Positions 29,944-40,733 are shown, counted from the stretch's first letter. The stretch is 64,000 nucleotides of DNA from Nitrosopumilus sp. (GCA_965206745.1 OZ242220.1:448001-512000); one strand, 5' to 3'. A program made the numbers and translations. The notes: generated from the sequence alone by a model not told the origin.

Positions 29944-30912
29944 ATGCTTCCCTTGTATGGCCAGCGACTTGATGCTAAAGGAATAGTTTCTGATAAAATA
30001 AATTCAACTGACACTCTGCGCGGCTCCTCCACTGTCAAGCGCGGATTTGCACACATGCTCAAAAACGGAGTCGTAATGGATGTCACAACTGTAGAGCAGG
30101 CCCGCATTGCCGAGGAGGCAGGTGCAGTATCTGTCATGGTTCTAGACAAGCTTCCCTCTGAGGTCAGAAAGGCAGGAGGCGTTGCAAGGACTGCAAGTAT
30201 TAGAATAATCGAGGAGATAATGGACTCTGTAACAATTCCTGTCATGGCCAAGTGCAGGATAGGTCACGTCAATGAGGCACTGGTATTGGCAGAGACTGAC
30301 GTTGACATGATTGACGAGTCCGAAGTTCTTACACCTGCCGATGAGCTTCGCCATATTTGGAAGTGGGATTTTACAACACCTGTAGTCAACGGTGCAAGAT
30401 CTTTAGCTGAGGCCCTGAGGAGGATTGAGGAGGGCGCATCAATGATTAGGACAAAGGGTGAGCCTGGAACGGGAAATGTTGCAGAGGCCATCAAGCATAT
30501 TAAAAAAGTAAATGACGAACTAAGAACAATAAGATCAATTTATGATTCTGGGGACAACCAGGATTTGGTCCGGATGGCAAGGGAGTTTAGGGTGTCCTTT
30601 GATATTGTCGAGCAGACTGCAAAGCTTGGACGGCTGCCAGTTGTCAATTTTGCGGCAGGCGGAATCGCAACCCCTGCAGATGCCGCATACCTGATGTCCC
30701 TTGGATGTGACGGGATATTTGTCGGCTCTGGAATATTTGATTCTGATGATGCAAAGGAGAGGGCTCGGGCAATAGTTCTGGCCACCACGTTTTGGAACGA
30801 GTCAGATAAGGTCAAGGAGGCCCAAAAGATGATCGATGAGCGGCAATCCATGGCAGGACTAGACGTTGACACTCTGGAGCTGCGCATGCAGGATCGTGGC
30901 GGTTCGGCATGA
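29944..30912 (+). CDS. pdxS: Pyridoxal 5'-phosphate synthase lyase subunit
   Basis: [49 protein letters not shown] motifs. Confidence 0.97.
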   Translation: MLPLYGQRLDAKGIVSDKINSTDTLRGSSTVKRGFAHMLKNGVVMDVTTVEQARIAEEAGAVSVMVLDKLPSEVRKAGGVARTASIRIIEEIMDSVTIPVMAKCRIGHVNEALVLAETDVDMIDESEVLTPADELRHIWKWDFTTPVVNGARSLAEALRRIEEGASMIRTKGEPGTGNVAEAIKHIKKVNDELRTIRSIYDSGDNQDLVRMAREFRVSFDIVEQTAKLGRLPVVNFAAGGIATPADAAYLMSLGCDGIFVGSGIFDSDDAKERARAIVLATTFWNESDKVKEAQKMIDERQSMAGLDVDTLELRMQDRGGSA

Positions 30913-31526
30913 GTCTGACTGTTGGTGTGCTGTCCATTCAGGGGGACGTTGAGGAGAACATCCTCTCAGCTGAGGCAGCATTTGATGAGCTGGGCATTGA
31001 TGGCAGGGCAGTAGGTGTAAGGACACCTGAGGAGATCTCACAGCTTGATGCCTTGATCATCCCTGGTGGCGAGAGCACTACAATTGGGCAGCTATCCCTG
31101 GCAAACGGCTCCCTTGAGGTGCTAAAGAAAAAGATTCAGGACGGGATGCCGGTCCTTGGAATCTGTGCCGGAATGATCCTACTATCAAACACTGCCAGTG
31201 ACCGCATAATTGGCAAGACTGATCAGCCGCTGCTGAACATTCTGGATGTAACCTTGGAGAGAAACTCGTTTGGACGACAAAAAGAGTCCTTTGAGGCAGA
31301 GATCTCAATCGACTCGATTAGCATCCCCCGGTTCAACGGGGTGTTTATCAGGGCGCCATCCGTATCTGATGTCGGCCCCGGTGTGGAGGTTTTATCAAAA
31401 TTCAACGAGCGGATAGTTGCAGTCAAAAAGGGAAACGTGGTTGGCACTGCCTTTCATCCCGAACTGACTGCAGATGCCTCGCTGCACAAGTATTTTATCA
31501 GCCTGATAGATACGCCAAAAAGTTGA
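30909..31526 (+). CDS. pdxT: Pyridoxal 5'-phosphate synthase glutaminase subunit
   Basis: [30 protein letters not shown] motifs. Confidence 0.97.
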   Translation: MSLTVGVLSIQGDVEENILSAEAAFDELGIDGRAVGVRTPEEISQLDALIIPGGESTTIGQLSLANGSLEVLKKKIQDGMPVLGICAGMILLSNTASDRIIGKTDQPLLNILDVTLERNSFGRQKESFEAEISIDSISIPRFNGVFIRAPSVSDVGPGVEVLSKFNERIVAVKKGNVVGTAFHPELTADASLHKYFISLIDTPKS

Positions 31527-31534
31527 TTGTATAA

Positions 31535-33844
31535 TCAATCAAGCAGGCTGTGCATGGATCTAAAGTCATCGCTGAATGACTCTAGGGATTTTGGAATCTC
31601 CATTTTAATTGGATCCTTCAGTGAGAGACCCTGGGACTTTTTTGCATTCCACACCTTTGAGTTAAACTCTGAGATCTCCTTTGTAATGTCCCCCTGATCC
31701 TCTAGATTCTCAGGTGTTGCATGCCTCTGCTTGTGAATGCTGTCCTTTGAATACAGCTCCCTCCAAAGGTGATCCGTGATGAACGGGGTGATTGGCGCCA
31801 GTAATTTCAAGATCGTCGAGAGTGTCTTGTGCAGTGCAAATATCGCACCGTCCCTCCCCTCGTCTGTCCCGTGTGCCCTTGCCTTTACCATCTCGATATA
31901 GTGGGCGGCAAACACGTTCCATGTAAACTCCCTGATTGCAATTGCGGGAATGAAAAAGTTATACTCCTCGTATCCCTTCTTGCATTCCCTTACCAGCTTG
32001 TCAAGTTCCGATAGGATCCACCTGTCTGATGCTGCAAGCTTGCCTGATTCTACCACTGGAAAGCTGGATAGGAACCTTGAGACGTTCCACAGCTTGCTGA
32101 GAAACTTTTTAGTCGACTCGATCTTTTGCTCGTTGCACCTGAAATCATATCCGTGATTAACCTCGCTTGCACTCCAAAACCTGAATGTGTCTGCGCCAAA
32201 CTTTTCAATTATCGGCAGTGGGTCTATGGCATTGCCCTTGCTCTTGCTCATCTTCATCCCCTTTTCATCCAGCCCGTAACCCATGACCCACGCCTCTGAC
32301 CACGGCTTTTTACCTGTCAGCTGCTCGCATCTGAGCAGTGTATAGTATAACCACGTCCTGACGATATCCTTTGCCTGCGGCCTGATTGAGGCTGGATACA
32401 CCTTTTTGAAAAACTCTTCATCTTTACCAAACCTGCTGATGAAAAGCGGGGACACGCTAGAGTCCATCCATGTATCAAAGGTTCGCTGCTCGCCTGTAAA
32501 TTCTACAGAGTCACACTTTGTACATTTGCTGATGGGGCATTTCTCCTCCCATGGCCTGTAATATCTTCCGGGTTCTGGTACATGCGGCTCTGAGCATTTT
32601 TTGCAGTACCATATTGGGATCTCAGTCCCATAGTACCTTCGCCTTGAGATTGGCCAGTCCATGTTGATGGACTCCAGCCAGTTCATCAGAATCTGCTTGT
32701 GCATCGGCGGGTGAAACGATATCTCCTCTCCCAGACCTTTTATCTTTGGAACTGATTCCTTTTGCTTTAGATAGTACTCCTCCATCGGAATGATCTCAAT
32801 TGGTATCTTGCTTCTCTCTGATACCGGCGTTCTATGAATGATATCCTCTGTCTTTTCCAAAAATCCTCCCGCACTGAGATCTTCAATGATCTTTGTCCTT
32901 GCCTGCTTTGGCTTTAGCCCCTCATAACTGCCTGCAGCACTGGTCATCTTACCATCTAACCCTATTGCGACAATCTCTTCCAACTCCAGTTCCCTGAATA
33001 GCGCCACGTCATTTTGATCACCATAGCTGCACACCATTACGGCACCTGAACCAAATTCCTGCTGGGCAGAGTGGTGTGTCCTCAGCTCAACTTCTGCGTT
33101 TGTTATTGGCACGATCACTTTTTTTCCAATGTACGGCGCATACCTTTGGTCCTCGGGGTTTACAATGATCGTCCTGCATGCACAGAGCAGCTCCGGTCTC
33201 GTACTTGCAATTATTATCTCCTTGCCGTCATGTTTCATTTTAAACTTCATGTATACCAGCTTTGTTGCTAGCTCCTCGTAGGCTATCTCTGCATCTGCAA
33301 TGGTCGTACCTGAGACCCAGTCGTAGTTGTTTGGCCTGTTTGCAAGGTATATCTGCCCTTTCTTCCACAAGTCGATAAACGTTGATTGGGTAAGTGCCCT
33401 GTACTCTTTGGAATCTGTCCTGTAATAGTTTGCAAGATCCCCGCTGATACCCAAACTTTTCATGATGAGAATCATCTCTGCCTCCAAGTCGTCTAGTGCC
33501 TCCCTGCACAGGTTCAGGAACTCGCCCCTGTCTGTCTCCCTCATTCTGATGCCGTGCTTCTTCTCTGTGTATAGTTCGACTGGGAGCCCGTTCCTGTCAA
33601 TTCCTATTGGAAAGTAGACGTTCTTGCCTGCCATCCTTGCAGTACGCGCAATCATGTCAATCTGTGAATAGTGTGCAGCAGCTCCAATGTGCCAGGGCCT
33701 GCCTGACGGGTATGGGGGCGGGGTGTCTATGGTATAGTTGTCATTTTGTGGTGTGAAATCATAAATCTTTTCTGCCTCCCACTGCTTTAGAATTCCCTTT
33801 TCAAGTTCGGGGTTCCATGCCTTTTCTGATATTTTGGGTTCCAT
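31535..33844 (-). CDS. valS: Valyl-tRNA synthetase (likely start ATG 33844)
   Basis: IDTPPP, HIGA, TRPELL, DWPISR, DTWMDSS, KMSKS motifs. Confidence 0.95.
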   Translation of the reverse strand: MEPKISEKAWNPELEKGILKQWEAEKIYDFTPQNDNYTIDTPPPYPSGRPWHIGAAAHYSQIDMIARTARMAGKNVYFPIGIDRNGLPVELYTEKKHGIRMRETDRGEFLNLCREALDDLEAEMILIMKSLGISGDLANYYRTDSKEYRALTQSTFIDLWKKGQIYLANRPNNYDWVSGTTIADAEIAYEELATKLVYMKFKMKHDGKEIIIASTRPELLCACRTIIVNPEDQRYAPYIGKKVIVPITNAEVELRTHHSAQQEFGSGAVMVCSYGDQNDVALFRELELEEIVAIGLDGKMTSAAGSYEGLKPKQARTKIIEDLSAGGFLEKTEDIIHRTPVSERSKIPIEIIPMEEYYLKQKESVPKIKGLGEEISFHPPMHKQILMNWLESINMDWPISRRRYYGTEIPIWYCKKCSEPHVPEPGRYYRPWEEKCPISKCTKCDSVEFTGEQRTFDTWMDSSVSPLFISRFGKDEEFFKKVYPASIRPQAKDIVRTWLYYTLLRCEQLTGKKPWSEAWVMGYGLDEKGMKMSKSKGNAIDPLPIIEKFGADTFRFWSASEVNHGYDFRCNEQKIESTKKFLSKLWNVSRFLSSFPVVESGKLAASDRWILSELDKLVRECKKGYEEYNFFIPAIAIREFTWNVFAAHYIEMVKARAHGTDEGRDGAIFALHKTLSTILKLLAPITPFITDHLWRELYSKDSIHKQRHATPENLEDQGDITKEISEFNSKVWNAKKSQGLSLKDPIKMEIPKSLESFSDDFRSMHSLLD

Positions 33845-33851
33845 TTTCTTG

Positions 33852-34667
33852 CTATCTTGAGATGTTTGAGATGATGTGGGATCCCTTGTTGTAACCCTCG
33901 TAAATGTATACTCCGACTGCCTCAACGTTTGATGGCATCTTTGGCGCTAATAGCTTGATAATTTCACTTGAAAGATTCTCTACTGTAGCCTCTCCCTCTA
34001 GCAGGTATGTGGTATTCTTTGGAACCTGCAGCTCAAACATTCCCTTTGGTCCCTCAAACCGAATATGATAGTGCGAGTCATCCTCTTTCTGCAGGTATCT
34101 CTTGTTGATGAAAAACTTGTGATCAAATATGTTTACAACCCCCTTGATTATTTTCTTTGCCTCCCCGAAATCCAAGAGAAGGTTGTCCTTCATCTGTCCT
34201 ATCAGCTCGACCATTACGGAGGACGTGTGTCCGTGCAGGATGGAGCATTTCTCGACCAGCGGGAGTATGTGTGCATAGTCAAATGAGAATGACGCATCTT
34301 CTAAAAATATGGAGCCTGTCTGTGGAGTCTTGTCATAAAATACAATGTCCTGCAGCTCCTTTATCTGCGCGACATACTTTGCATGGCCTATTGCCATGAC
34401 CTTCTCTTCTGGACGGTCCTCCTTGATTCTTTTGTACTTTTCAATGTCCTCATCAGTGTCAATGACCTCGATTAGTCCATTTTCTGTCTTAAAGTCAACT
34501 AGGACCTCCTTGCCGTCACTTAGTGCCAGTTTGTGGTTGTACTGGTATTCATGTCCCAGAAAGGTGAGCATCTGCGCTACTGTCAGCTCTGTTCTGGTTT
34601 TGAGCAGGTTTCCCTTTTTGTCGATATATCGGAAATCTGAATCTAAAACTGTGGGACTTGATGCCAT
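33852..34667 (-). CDS. queD: 6-pyruvoyl-tetrahydropterin synthase / QueD family with an extra N-terminal nuclease-like domain
   Basis: FDYAH..KC..LHGH, DFG, FDH, TVENL motifs; N-terminal E..A..L..G..Y.Y...VDF..IEV. Confidence 0.85.
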   Translation of the reverse strand: MASSPTVLDSDFRYIDKKGNLLKTRTELTVAQMLTFLGHEYQYNHKLALSDGKEVLVDFKTENGLIEVIDTDEDIEKYKRIKEDRPEEKVMAIGHAKYVAQIKELQDIVFYDKTPQTGSIFLEDASFSFDYAHILPLVEKCSILHGHTSSVMVELIGQMKDNLLLDFGEAKKIIKGVVNIFDHKFFINKRYLQKEDDSHYHIRFEGPKGMFELQVPKNTTYLLEGEATVENLSSEIIKLLAPKMPSNVEAVGVYIYEGYNKGSHIISNISR

Positions 34668-34826
34668 GTCACGTCAACTGACTCTGGATATAATATAAAT
34701 TCACAAGGGCATCTGTGCCGTTATAATGCATATTTTACAATGCCAAAGCCCATGCTGAATACCTTTTTCAGGCGTGAATTGACTCTGATATATTGGGAAA
34801 ACGTAAGGTTTGGGATTAGAATTCAA

Positions 34827-36812
34827 TCATTTTTGATTTTTTTTATTATCTTCAATTTTTTTGTATTCTATAAATTTTTTATGACAAGATTCTGCTTCTG
34901 CATATCTTCCAAGAACATGAAGAGACTTTTTTTTACCATCCCATGCTTTTAAGTTACGATGTTCAATTTCTAAAATTTTGTTAAAACCTTGAATCATTGA
35001 TTCTTCATATTTGCCAAGTTGATACAGTGCAGCGCCTTTATTCTGCAGTGCATCGATATTTGTTGCATCAATAGATAATATTTCATCAAAACATTCATCT
35101 ATTGCTATTTGTTGTTTACCTATCTTTAGTAAGCACACTCCTTTATTATTATAAGCTGCAATGTCCTCGGCATCAATAGATAACATTTTATTCAAAACTA
35201 TGATTGCTTCATCAAATCTATTCATCTTTCTAAGAGAGACAGATTTAAAATCTAGGTAATCTAAATTGTATGGATGATCTTTTATCAATGGATCAAAACA
35301 TTCATCAATTGATCTTTGATATTCTTTCAATGAAACAAATGCAGATCCTTTTCTCTTTAATGCCTGTGTATTTTTAGAATCAACCTGCAATATTTCATCA
35401 AATACTGATATGGCATCTACAAATTTATCTGATGCTGTTAATGTGCCTGCTTTTCCAAATAATGCATCTGTCATATTTGGTTCAAGTAAAAGAACTTGCT
35501 CAAAATATTCTAAAGCCTTATCGTACTGTTTTAATCGACTTAATGTGACCCCCATATTGTTTAGACCCGGAATACTATTTGGATTTTCTTTTAGTATTTT
35601 TTGAAGAATAACTAGAGCTTCATCTGATTTATCTAAATGACCTAGACATACTGATTTGTATTCCAATACACGTAAATCGTTTGGATTGGAAATTAAATAT
35701 TGATCTATGATTGGTAAAACTTCAGCAAATTTCTTTAGTTTTATCAAGGTACTTGACTTGTTAAATAATGCTGAATCATTTAATGGAGATATCATCAAAA
35801 TCTTATCACAAGTCAAAATTACTTCTTCAAATCTTTTTAAATCAAATAATGCAGAACTTTTTTGCATCAATGCTACCATTGAATCCGATTTAATTTCTAG
35901 AGCTTTATTACAATAATCCAATGATTCTTCATATTGTTTTAATCCTGTTAGTGCTTTTGCTTTATTTACTAAAACAAGTTCATCTTGAGGTTTGATTTTA
36001 AGTGCTTTATCAAAATAAACTATGGATTCTTTGAATTCATCGATCTTTAAAAGAGATACTCCCAAATTATTTATTGCATCTATGTTTTCACCATCAAGTT
36101 TAACTGCTTTTTCAAGTAGAGAGATTGCTTTATCATGTTGTCTTAATTCTGACAATGTTGCGCCTAGGTTTGCTAAAATAATTAGATCTTTTGGATCATT
36201 CTTCAATGCTTTTTCATAAAATAATGATGCTTCTTTGAATTGATCCAAATTGTAAAATGCATGTGCAATTTTGAGTAATGCTCCTGTATTATTTGGATTT
36301 TTTTCCAAATACATCTCGTATGATTTTCGGGCATCATCATAATTTTTTGCATTAAACGATACATTACCTTCTTGCAAGTATCTTTGAGATAGAATGAAAT
36401 CTTTTAATTCCTGATCATTTTTATCCATATATTTTTTTAATTTTTTAGTATCTTCCTTAGATTTTTTAACTGCACGAATGGCAAATACTATAGATATCAC
36501 AAGTCCAGCACCACCTAAACTGATTCCCAGTCTATTTTGATCAGTATTTTTTGTATCTGAAATATCTATTTTATCAATAATATTTTTTGAAATTGAATCT
36601 ATTTTTGATTGTAACTTATCCATATTATCTTGAAAATCTTCTCGTTTAACTGCCGAAGATTCTATTTTATCTAATTTTGTTGTTAGTTCTTCATGTTCGT
36701 TTGAACTAATATTTTGTTCTTCTGTTGCATTAACATTTGCTGTTTGAGAAAATGAGGCAGGAATAATTCCTGTTAGAACCGACAAAACCAGAAGAAGAAA
36801 AATTACTTTCAT
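34827..36812 (-). CDS. Membrane-anchored multi-TPR protein (AT-rich insert)
   Basis: Signal peptide, coiled coil, TM (LGISLGGAGLVISIVFAI), then roughly 14 TPRs (A..NKG..L..L...EA...F). Confidence 0.9.
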   Translation of the reverse strand: MKVIFLLLVLSVLTGIIPASFSQTANVNATEEQNISSNEHEELTTKLDKIESSAVKREDFQDNMDKLQSKIDSISKNIIDKIDISDTKNTDQNRLGISLGGAGLVISIVFAIRAVKKSKEDTKKLKKYMDKNDQELKDFILSQRYLQEGNVSFNAKNYDDARKSYEMYLEKNPNNTGALLKIAHAFYNLDQFKEASLFYEKALKNDPKDLIILANLGATLSELRQHDKAISLLEKAVKLDGENIDAINNLGVSLLKIDEFKESIVYFDKALKIKPQDELVLVNKAKALTGLKQYEESLDYCNKALEIKSDSMVALMQKSSALFDLKRFEEVILTCDKILMISPLNDSALFNKSSTLIKLKKFAEVLPIIDQYLISNPNDLRVLEYKSVCLGHLDKSDEALVILQKILKENPNSIPGLNNMGVTLSRLKQYDKALEYFEQVLLLEPNMTDALFGKAGTLTASDKFVDAISVFDEILQVDSKNTQALKRKGSAFVSLKEYQRSIDECFDPLIKDHPYNLDYLDFKSVSLRKMNRFDEAIIVLNKMLSIDAEDIAAYNNKGVCLLKIGKQQIAIDECFDEILSIDATNIDALQNKGAALYQLGKYEESMIQGFNKILEIEHRNLKAWDGKKKSLHVLGRYAEAESCHKKFIEYKKIEDNKKNQK

Positions 36813-36879
36813 TATGTATTCATAATTTGAAATCTTTCTATTTTATAAATTCTGTAATGGACAACGCCTAGAACCGCAA

Positions 36880-37158
36880 TTATTCTAGGGAATTTAGAAT
36901 CTTGGCCAGACTGACATCGTTTTCTGTAATGCCTCCAGCATCATGGGTAGTCAGCTCTACTGTGATCTTGTTGTACACGTTAAACCACTCTGGATGGTGG
37001 TTCATCTTTTCAATCTCCATGGCTGCCCTGGTCATAAAACCAAATGCCTCATTAAAGCTCCCAAACTCAAACTCTTTGTGCAGTTTCTCATTTACGACAC
37101 TCCAGCCTGGCAGACCTACTAGCTTACTGTCAATATCTGCCTGTGATAGTTTCATCAT
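36880..37158 (-). CDS. phhB: Pterin-4-alpha-carbinolamine dehydratase
   Basis: [21 protein letters not shown] motifs. Confidence 0.93.
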   Translation of the reverse strand: MMKLSQADIDSKLVGLPGWSVVNEKLHKEFEFGSFNEAFGFMTRAAMEIEKMNHHPEWFNVYNKITVELTTHDAGGITENDVSLAKILNSLE

Positions 37159-37232
37159 GCCGTATCTGAAAACAACGTTAAATTAAAAGATTGATTCATT
37201 ACCCTTCCGGAGAGTGCGTGATGTGAGGAATA

Positions 37233-37994
37233 ATGGATGAGATGTGCAAAAAATTACTGGAAAATATTAGCAGCTCCATCTCGCAAACCGTCAGGGAGGG
37301 GAAGATTGGGGTTGCCTTTTCTGGCGGCGTTGACAGCACACTGATTGCCAAGGTCTGCTCGGAGATGAAATATGATGTCACGCTGCTGACCATCGGGTTT
37401 GCCGGTTCCCATGACATGCTGTTTGCAAAAGAAGTCAACGAATACCTAGAGTATCCGCACCACCTGCTAGAAATTGACCCTGAGACATTTGTCGCAGTCT
37501 CCTCCAAAGTCAACCAGACGATAGGCACGGAGAATCTGTCGTGGAATGAAAACTGCATTGCGTTTTACTATGTATCCCAACTGGCAAGCAGCCTGAATCT
37601 TGACACGGTGGTCACTGCAAACGGGATTGATGAATTGTTCTGCGGCTACAATGCGTACAGGGAGGCCTTCTCCGGAGGACAGTCCCAAATTGACAAGGTC
37701 ATGCTTGCCAAGCTGGACAACGAGCTAGACATGATGGAGGCAGTAAACCTTGTCGCATCAGAGTTTGATGTGAGGATACTCCAGCCCCTGCTTGCACCCG
37801 AATTCATCAAGTATGCAAAGACTGTCCCAGTATCTGAAAAGATCCACGACTCTGAGGACCTGTACCGCAAGCACATAATACGTAGACTGGCAACCCAGAT
37901 CAAAGTCCCGGAACTCTCCTGTACAAAACGAAAAAAGGCACTGCAGTACGGCTCTAAAATTCACAAGGCCCTGCTGAAATCCCGAGTAATCTGA
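37233..37994 (+). CDS. Asparagine synthase C-terminal-domain protein
   Basis: VAFSGGVDST, GIDELFCGY, KKALQYGS motifs; no glutaminase domain. Confidence 0.88.
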   Translation: MDEMCKKLLENISSSISQTVREGKIGVAFSGGVDSTLIAKVCSEMKYDVTLLTIGFAGSHDMLFAKEVNEYLEYPHHLLEIDPETFVAVSSKVNQTIGTENLSWNENCIAFYYVSQLASSLNLDTVVTANGIDELFCGYNAYREAFSGGQSQIDKVMLAKLDNELDMMEAVNLVASEFDVRILQPLLAPEFIKYAKTVPVSEKIHDSEDLYRKHIIRRLATQIKVPELSCTKRKKALQYGSKIHKALLKSRVI

Positions 37995-38012
37995 GATTAT
38001 CTGCCTTTGTTT

Positions 38013-38022
38013 TCTATATAGT
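38013..38022. promoter_or_regulatory. Candidate Pho-type operator TCTATATAGT upstream of pstS
   Basis: Palindromic core CTATATAG; the same 10-mer occurs at 40724-40733. Confidence 0.35.
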
Positions 38023-38084
38023 ATATGGTACTAGTGTAATCTATGCCTAGAATTTGTAAATACAGTTTTTAGAACCATCTATCA

Positions 38085-39623
38085 ATGAAGACAAAAACAT
38101 CACTACTGATTTTACTTACTGCGCTTACGGCGATCATATCACCGCTGTATGCAGAAGCAGCAATGACACCTGACACACCTGATCCAAGCCAAGAGTTCAC
38201 TATAACTGGGGCAGGGGCGACATTTCCGTTTCCCCTAATTGATCTCTGGAGGGTCGAATACAACAGGGCATATGACAATGTAAACCTCAACTACCAGTCA
38301 ATTGGAAGTGGCGGTGGGATAAAGCAGCATATTGAAAAGACTGTAAACTTTGCAGCATCTGATGTGCCCATGAAGGAGAAGGAGAAGGACCTGGCTCCGG
38401 GAACCTTGCATATTCCAGAATCCATCGGGGGGGTCGTCATAGTGTACAACCTGCCTGAAGTGCCAGATAACGGACTGAAACTGACTGCAGAAGCTGTTGC
38501 CGGAATATTCTTGGGGGACATCACAAGATGGGATGATCCCGTGATTGCCGATGTTAATCCTGACCTGGTCTTGCCTGACAAGGAGATCGTCACAGGGCAC
38601 AGATCAGACGGCTCTGGAACCACCTTCATCTTTACGGACTATCTTACAACTATCAGTCCGAAATGGGATGAGAAGGTAGGCAAGGGCAAGTCTGTTCCAT
38701 GGCCTGTGGGCCTGGCCTCTGCGGGAAATGAGGGCGTTGCAGCAATTGTAAAGTCGACTGAGTATTCAATTGGATACGTTGAACTCGCTTATGCGTTCCA
38801 GACTGGAATGACCTTTGCATCAATTGAAAATTCCGAAAAATCCGCATTCATTGCACCATCTCTGGAGAGCCTCTCTGCTGCTTCAAGCGGCATAGCTGAG
38901 ACACTGCCTGCAACGAAAGACAGCTGGGTGGGAGTCTCACTTGTAAACGCACCTGGCCCAGACTCGTATCCCATAGCAAGTTTCACATACCTGTTACTAT
39001 ACGATGATCTAAAACCGGTAACCAAAAGCAAGGAGCAGGCAAAGGCACTAATCCACATGATCAACTGGATGCTAACTGACGGCCAGGAATATTCGCCAAG
39101 CTTGTTGTACGTTCCACTCTCTGAGAGAATCACAAAACTCGGACAACAGGGACTCAAAGAGGTGACATACGATGGAGAGATTCTCTGGGATGAAAACGCA
39201 TTCTCAGAATCCATGGTCATGAAAGATGACAGGCAGATCTTTGAGGAGGAGAAAGGCGGCTGTCTGATTGCAACTGCAACGTATGGTTCGGAGATGGCAC
39301 CGCAAGTCCAGCTGTTAAGGGAGATAAGGGACAACCAGCTGCAAAACACCGCATCTGGAATGTCATTTATGACCGGATTCAACCAGCTATACTATTCGTT
39401 CTCACCGTACATTGCCGATATGGAGAGGGAAAACCCCGCGTTCAGAGAGATGGTAAAGATTGGAATTACTCCGCTACTGTACTCGTTACACGTGATGCAG
39501 TACGCAGAGTCTGACTCTGAGGTACTGGGGTATGGCATTGGCGTGATAATGATGAATCTTGGAATGTATCTTGCAGCACCTGCAATGCTATTTTATGGAA
39601 TCACCAAAAAATACCGACAGTAA
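38085..39623 (+). CDS. pstS: Phosphate ABC transporter substrate-binding protein with C-terminal CFI-box-CTERM domain
   Basis: GAGATFP, YQSIGSGGG, HRSDGSGTT motifs; GGCLIATATYGS..LREIRD tail plus TM. Confidence 0.95.
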   Translation: MKTKTSLLILLTALTAIISPLYAEAAMTPDTPDPSQEFTITGAGATFPFPLIDLWRVEYNRAYDNVNLNYQSIGSGGGIKQHIEKTVNFAASDVPMKEKEKDLAPGTLHIPESIGGVVIVYNLPEVPDNGLKLTAEAVAGIFLGDITRWDDPVIADVNPDLVLPDKEIVTGHRSDGSGTTFIFTDYLTTISPKWDEKVGKGKSVPWPVGLASAGNEGVAAIVKSTEYSIGYVELAYAFQTGMTFASIENSEKSAFIAPSLESLSAASSGIAETLPATKDSWVGVSLVNAPGPDSYPIASFTYLLLYDDLKPVTKSKEQAKALIHMINWMLTDGQEYSPSLLYVPLSERITKLGQQGLKEVTYDGEILWDENAFSESMVMKDDRQIFEEEKGGCLIATATYGSEMAPQVQLLREIRDNQLQNTASGMSFMTGFNQLYYSFSPYIADMERENPAFREMVKIGITPLLYSLHVMQYAESDSEVLGYGIGVIMMNLGMYLAAPAMLFYGITKKYRQ

Positions 39624-39644
39624 ACCACAACTTTTTTTATTTTT

Positions 39645-40667
39645 TTAAGATTCTTCTATGACGCTCTGTACCGTCTCATCTATTGCAATCTCTGATATGT
39701 CCCTTGAGTATTCTGCTGTCCTTCTGAGATCCTCTAGAATCAGCTTTATTATCGCAATGTTCTCATCGTGTTTTAGCGAGTCCATCAGTCTCTTCTCCCT
39801 CTCGATAACCTTGGTCACGTTTGTGGCCACATTCTCTGCCATTGTATAGTCTTTTTTTGAGAGTGCCGTGATGGAGTTGTCAAAGACGATGACTGACTCC
39901 CTGCTAATCTGCTCTATCTCTTTTACGATCTTTTTGTTCGTGGACGGTTTCATGTATTTGATCTTTTTGGCAATCATCCCCGCATGGTCTGCAATCCTCT
40001 CCACGCATTTTACCACCGTCCTATACCCCAGGCAGTCCGACGGTTTCTCTATTCCTGAATCCAGCAGGACCTGAACGTTCTCTAGTGCGAGATTCAGGTT
40101 CCTCAACAGGTAGAGGCTGAATCTGTCCACCTCGTCGTCCATCTTGATGATCTCCTCTGCATGCTCCAAATCCAAATCGTTTAGCGCCTCCATGGCTTCC
40201 TCGTGCATGTTCTTGGCAGTTGTATGCATCCTTTTGAGTGCGACACTAAATGACAGCTGTGAGAGCTGTGTCAGTACTTGTAACGTTATCTTTTCAGAAC
40301 TTGCCTCGATGATCTCTGTTCCCATAAGTGTAGTTCTTACCAGATCCCTGATTGCGCCCCTGTGCGTGCTGGTAATTTCTATCCCCTTTGTCCTAATCTC
40401 AATTGTCTTGTAGCCTGAGAGGTATATTGCGATAATCTTTCTCCTTATGGATTCCTTTGAGTCGTTTTTTCCAATTACCGTTGCGGCATTGTTCTTTCTG
40501 ATTTGCTCCCCCTGAAACAGCGTTATTGAGCCGTTGTGATTTTTTACCAGAGTGACATCAGAGTTTTTCTTTAGCTGCAGTTCATCGATCCACTTTTTTG
40601 GCAGTGATACTGTATATGTCGAACCCCCAGTCAACTGGAGCCTTCTGGTCTGTTTTATCTCTGACAT
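39645..40667 (-). CDS. AbrB-PhoU phosphate uptake regulator
   Basis: RRLQLTGGSTYTVSLPKKW (AbrB) followed by PhoU repeats (DDEVDRF, ERIADH). Confidence 0.92.
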   Translation of the reverse strand: MSEIKQTRRLQLTGGSTYTVSLPKKWIDELQLKKNSDVTLVKNHNGSITLFQGEQIRKNNAATVIGKNDSKESIRRKIIAIYLSGYKTIEIRTKGIEITSTHRGAIRDLVRTTLMGTEIIEASSEKITLQVLTQLSQLSFSVALKRMHTTAKNMHEEAMEALNDLDLEHAEEIIKMDDEVDRFSLYLLRNLNLALENVQVLLDSGIEKPSDCLGYRTVVKCVERIADHAGMIAKKIKYMKPSTNKKIVKEIEQISRESVIVFDNSITALSKKDYTMAENVATNVTKVIEREKRLMDSLKHDENIAIIKLILEDLRRTAEYSRDISEIAIDETVQSVIEES

Positions 40668-40723
40668 GTCTTGTAACTATGATGGGACTTTAATTTCTCC
40701 TATTATACTGCTTTTGATCATGA

Positions 40724-40733
40724 TCTATATAGT
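40724..40733. promoter_or_regulatory. Candidate Pho-type operator TCTATATAGT in the divergent regulator/pstC promoter
   Basis: Identical to 38013-38022. Confidence 0.35.
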
